This document shows, one piece after another, positions 59,784-64,000 of a stretch of 64,000 nucleotides of DNA. A model generated the notes under the pieces. It saw only the letters and a program-made list of their open reading frames with translations, ran no database searches and was not told the DNA's origin. The translations under genes and the position numbers were made by a program. The stretch's first letter is position 1, and each line of letters opens with the position of its first letter. The stretch spans positions 186,001-250,000 of the forward strand of contig JALDZS010000003.1 in the NCBI GenBank assembly GCA_022813965.1, given 5' to 3'. Origin of the DNA: Toensbergia leucococca (Eukaryota).

Positions 59784-61890
59784 CTATGCCCTACCAGAAT
59801 CTTCCTTGAGCCCCACAATTCGGTTCAAAACAACCTTTCCATCTGCGCTGTCTTTGTCCATGGCAAAATACGCGACCCTCAATCCCTGAAATCTTACTGC
59901 CTCGAAGCCTGCATGCTTCTTCTCTGCATCAACCTGGCCCGACTCTTCCGGCAGCATCATTCTCTGTTTTACCACATCAAGCCCAATCTCGATCATGGCA
60001 TCTGGGAAGATTTCTTCACTATCTGGATTGACGTCATTTAAGAATCCGCCCTCCACTGCGTCTGCGTTTTCCGACTTGAAAAGAGGGTTGAAAACTCGGA
60101 CTTCTGCTTTGATGGGTGAATTGTACTTTGACGATAATGCTACCCACTGGATGTAGGTCTTTGGCTTCTTGAAAGAGTTACTACCTGAGGGTGGTTTTTC
60201 ATATGTGGCGTGTATCTTGGTCACTAGTCCCGTAGTCTCGTCCTTTTCGAATGCAGTCGCTTTGATTGGAAAGCGAACCCTGAGTAACCCCACAGATTTG
60301 CCAGGTGCTAGACGAAAGTAATCTTTACTATCGACCTCACGGAAGTCACTTCGATCAATGTACACCGTATTTGTAAACGGAACGATGTGGCTGCCCATAA
60401 GAGGGTCTTTTGGTGAAAATGGTAGTTCAACCTCCTCCACGAGATCATCAGGGAGATTGTCAATGACGATAGGTACCGGGTCAAGGACCACCATCAAGCG
60501 CGGCACAGTCTGCTCGAGGTAACGGCGTACGCAATTTTCGAAGCGACCGATTTGGATGTTAGTCAAAGCAGTAGACACTCCGAGCTCGTTGACAAAAGAT
60601 AAAATTGCACCTGGAGGTACGCCACGTCGTCGAAGAGCAACCAGTGTGTACAGACGAGGGTCATCCCAACCACGTACAATCTTTTCGTCGATCAATTTCG
60701 TAATCTTACGCTTGGAAAGAAGGGTCCCGGTGACTCTCAGTCTTCCGAATCTAATGCAAAAAGTCAATGCTGATCACAACTGCTTGCCAGCTCTGATGCT
60801 TACTCTCTCTGCATCGGCTTATACACCTTGACGGCGTCGCACAGCCACTCATATGACACTCTAGATAATTGAAATTCCGTCGTGCATAACGAGTGTGAGA
60901 TGCCTTCAAAGCTGTCGCAGAGGCAATGGGTGAAATCGTAGGTTGGATAAATTCTCCACTTGTTACCAGTACGATGATGCTTTGCATCGAGGATTCGATA
61001 TGCCATCAAATCCCACATTTGTGGATTGCCATCCTCCAAATTCTGCTTCATGCGTAAGATTGCTTCTTTGGGTTTGTATTTACCATCGCGCATAGCTCTG
61101 AATTCGGCCAATGATTCTTCTGCAGGCCTATCACGGTGTGGACATGCATAACGAGGACCATGGTTCTCTCCGCCGCGTTGAAGCTTAATCTCTGTTTCTG
61201 TATGTTGTCAACACTCTGCTTGAGAAAAGCAAATGTAAATCACCCACCAGTACAGTGACAGACATAAGCACCTCCTCTCTTGGTCAGGTCTTCGGCAAGC
61301 TCGTACAGCTTATCAAAATTGTCGCTAGAGTAAGTGATCTTGTAGGGTGTGAAGCCCAACCACTCTATCATCTCCTTTATAGCCACACAGTAAATTTCCT
61401 CCTCGGCCTCGGGGTTCGTATCATCAAATCGGAGGTAGCAGTCACCATCATGATATTTGGCAAAACCGAAGTTGATCGCGATAGCTTTGCTATGCCCAAT
61501 ATGTAGGTACCCATTGGGTTCGGGAGGAAATCGCGTAACAACAGGTAAAGTGCTCCTCTCGTTGTAAACACTCTTTAAGAAGCCCTCCTTGAACATAGAG
61601 TCAGGGTCTGTTGGCAATACCAGCGCAATGGGGGGGTTTTCCTTGGCTGGTACTGGTCTCGATTCTGTCTTAGGCTTCGGTGCTTTTTTCGGCTTGGATG
61701 TTTCTTTTGCATCCTTGAGCCTCTCAGGCAACTTAGCTGGCATTTCCATACTTACGTGGTGGACAATAAGACGTTGTGACAAGATTGTGCTTTGTACAAG
61801 CACAGTCTGACACAAATGTGAAGAACGTGTCAGCCCCACGTTTCCCGGATAAAGGTTTGGCCTTCGAACTGCATTGATTAGGCGTAACAT
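59784..61890 (-). CDS. GLN4: Glutaminyl-tRNA synthetase, 3 exons; start at 61890 or 61749/61743
   Basis: [49 protein letters not shown] and FRLAPG. Confidence 0.96.
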
Positions 61891-62519
61891 ATCGCCAGTT
61901 CCGGAGCTGTCTGCACTTGGTCAAGCGTGGAAGTCAACAGATGCTAACGCTTTTAAGAAGGTGCATCCGAACTGAGTTGTGGTGGTGTATCACGACTCCA
62001 AAACAAAATGTCGAAAATTGCAAATGTGAGTCATTCATTGTGAAAAATTATCACGTCAACATCTAGGCACCTTACAAGTCACATGACAACATCACCAAAA
62101 CTCTCTATGAATATGTTCAACAAATCGTACCTGGAGTAGGTCTCTACCAAGCTGCCCTGAAGTACGGATACCTGACCTATCTACTCCACAAAAGCCTAGA
62201 CTCAAAGCAGTGAAGTTTGGTATTAGGTAGTCAATAGGAGCCTTGACCATCCACCCTAGCAACCATATCAGTTCTTCAAGCCCAAAATCATCCCCTCAAT
62301 TGCATTCCTCCTCTTCACATCCAAAATCCCCTCCGTCAGTATTCTTCACTTTTTATGAATCTGTTCTTCTATAAGATAATTGCATCACCCATGCTCCATC
62401 CGTGAAACCTACCGTGATTTTACCAGTCCAAGTCCTCCTAATAACATCATTGTTGGGCTCATGCATACAGTGCACCCACAACACGGAAGAAAGAATATTC
62501 TATTCATCACACAATTATA

Positions 62520-64000
62520 CTAGGCCGTCCCATTAGCTATCTCCTTTTCCAACTCCACCTTCAGCTTCTCCTGGGACATACGCTCCTCCTCCACGCGAAT
62601 CTGATCCGGCCTGCGGATAGCAATATCCTTGGGCCGGAAATCGCTAAAAGCCTGCTTCAGCACCTTTTCGACAATGTAGCATCCCACATAATCAATGATC
62701 ATGACCGTTGTCATAGTCATCTTGAAAGCATACGAAAAGGGAACAAGTTTCAACTTCTCATTGATTTCAGGAATGAATTCCGTCGAGCACGAGAAAGCCA
62801 CACCGGAAACGAGGATTAAGCCCCAATACATGCCACGATTTTCGCGGATACCTTCCCGGAAAGGTCGGCCTTGATAATTGATGGCAAATGTGGATATTTG
62901 CTGGATGAGTTGGAGGAGGTAGACGGCGCTATTGAGGAGAGACGGTTCGAATTCACCTTCGAGATCCACGTCGTCATTGCGTGGCTCGATTTGCTGTACG
63001 TAACGAGAAATGTATATTAGAGTGACGATGTGAATGGCAAATTGGCCGAGGACGGAGCCAATAATGTACGGGTTGAAGATATTAGGTTGGGGTCGCTCTT
63101 TGGAAAGCCCTTCCACCGACTATATGAATGATCAGCATAGATTAGTTATTTTATGATGATAAAACATACCTTTGCCCTTGAGATGGACAGAAAACAGACG
63201 CTCATTAGCATTCCGCTTATGGTCACTTGACCGTCTCCAAATTTGATACCCTCGAGATATAATACACTTAGACTATAGGCGCTGATTAGACAATTCAGTG
63301 CTAAGATTTTGTACATCTGAATTGTTGCCACTAGCGTACAACGTCCTTGGCGGATGATGTTCGGGATTGCAACAACGTTGGCAAGTTTGCTTGTGAAGGG
63401 AGCTGCTACCGACGCATCCCCGAGCTTAATCGTCGGAGGCTCGTTCTCATCCATTTCCTGCTCCATCATTGAAGCCGTTAGCTTATCGGCCAAACCAACG
63501 GCTGCCTTCTGGGAGTTCAGTTGTTTCTGTTCAGCAGGTGTAAGATTATTATTTGCACCCTGTAACGCCTTTGCACCGGGGGACGTGATTGTGGTCAGTT
63601 CATTCCCCTTATCTGCGGCATTCGAGTTGGCTGCAACAGCACCAGCTGCACCTTTCTTCTCGGCTTGTTGAAGCATAGCTTTCTCGTAGTGTGGGTTACT
63701 TGGACCAGGGGGATAAATATGGGCTATCTGCAGAGGTACTGGAGGTGCAGGTTGGTTGAATCTTTTCATCAAAGACACTTGTTTCTCATAAATCTCTTTC
63801 ATCTTCGTTGTTCGGAAGTGCTCTCCTATTTTGTTTAAATCATCTTGGGTTCCATTGAGTAAAGCGACGCCGATGTGGGCTTGCTTCAATGCACCCACAT
63901 CGTTCGTACCATCACCACACATGAGCGTTGTATATCCAGCGTCTTTCAAGCCAAGCAGGATATCCTCCTTTTGTTTTGGGGAGACTCGAGCATAGACCCA
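62520..64000 (-). CDS. SPF1: P5A-type ATPase, C-terminal part; gene starts beyond the window
   Basis: MCGDGTNDVGALKQAH, KLGDASVAAPFTSK, IIRQGRCTLV, ERPQPNIFN and NYQGRPFRE. Confidence 0.95.

Overview
Intron-containing DNA from a filamentous ascomycete (Pezizomycotina), judged from short GT-AG introns with CTRAY branch sites and fungal-type proteins. There are three blocks of ordinary housekeeping genes. The first (18.8-43.1 kb) holds a BSP peptidase, PTEN/TEP1, MRPL3, a NUUM-like complex I subunit missed by the ORF track, MAK32, PPT1, CTK2, CDS1, Rad26/ATRIP, EXO70 and a PLA2/lysophospholipase. The second (52.6-56.8 kb) holds QNS1 and a macrodomain gene; the third (59.8-64 kb) holds GLN4 and SPF1. 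Two accessory or decaying regions lie at about 3.3-17.7 kb and 43.3-52.6 kb. The most interesting locus is at 1-8.1 kb. An ornithine-decarboxylase paralog whose substrate-specificity Asp is replaced by Glu, as in chlorovirus arginine decarboxylase, sits head-to-head with an intact, intronless agmatine deiminase, next to a GNAT and an amine-type MFS transporter. This is a candidate fungal arginine->agmatine->N-carbamoylputrescine cluster; the function is inferred, not tested. Other observations: a repeat-expanded STU1/CLASP with scattered and permuted copies of its 5' end; a probable ~215-aa N-terminal extension on EXO70; a small Cys/His-rich gene; several pseudogenes; and a recurrent C-rich to G-rich strand switch near gene 3' ends. 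All calls come from reading the sequence and recalled motifs; no database searches were run.
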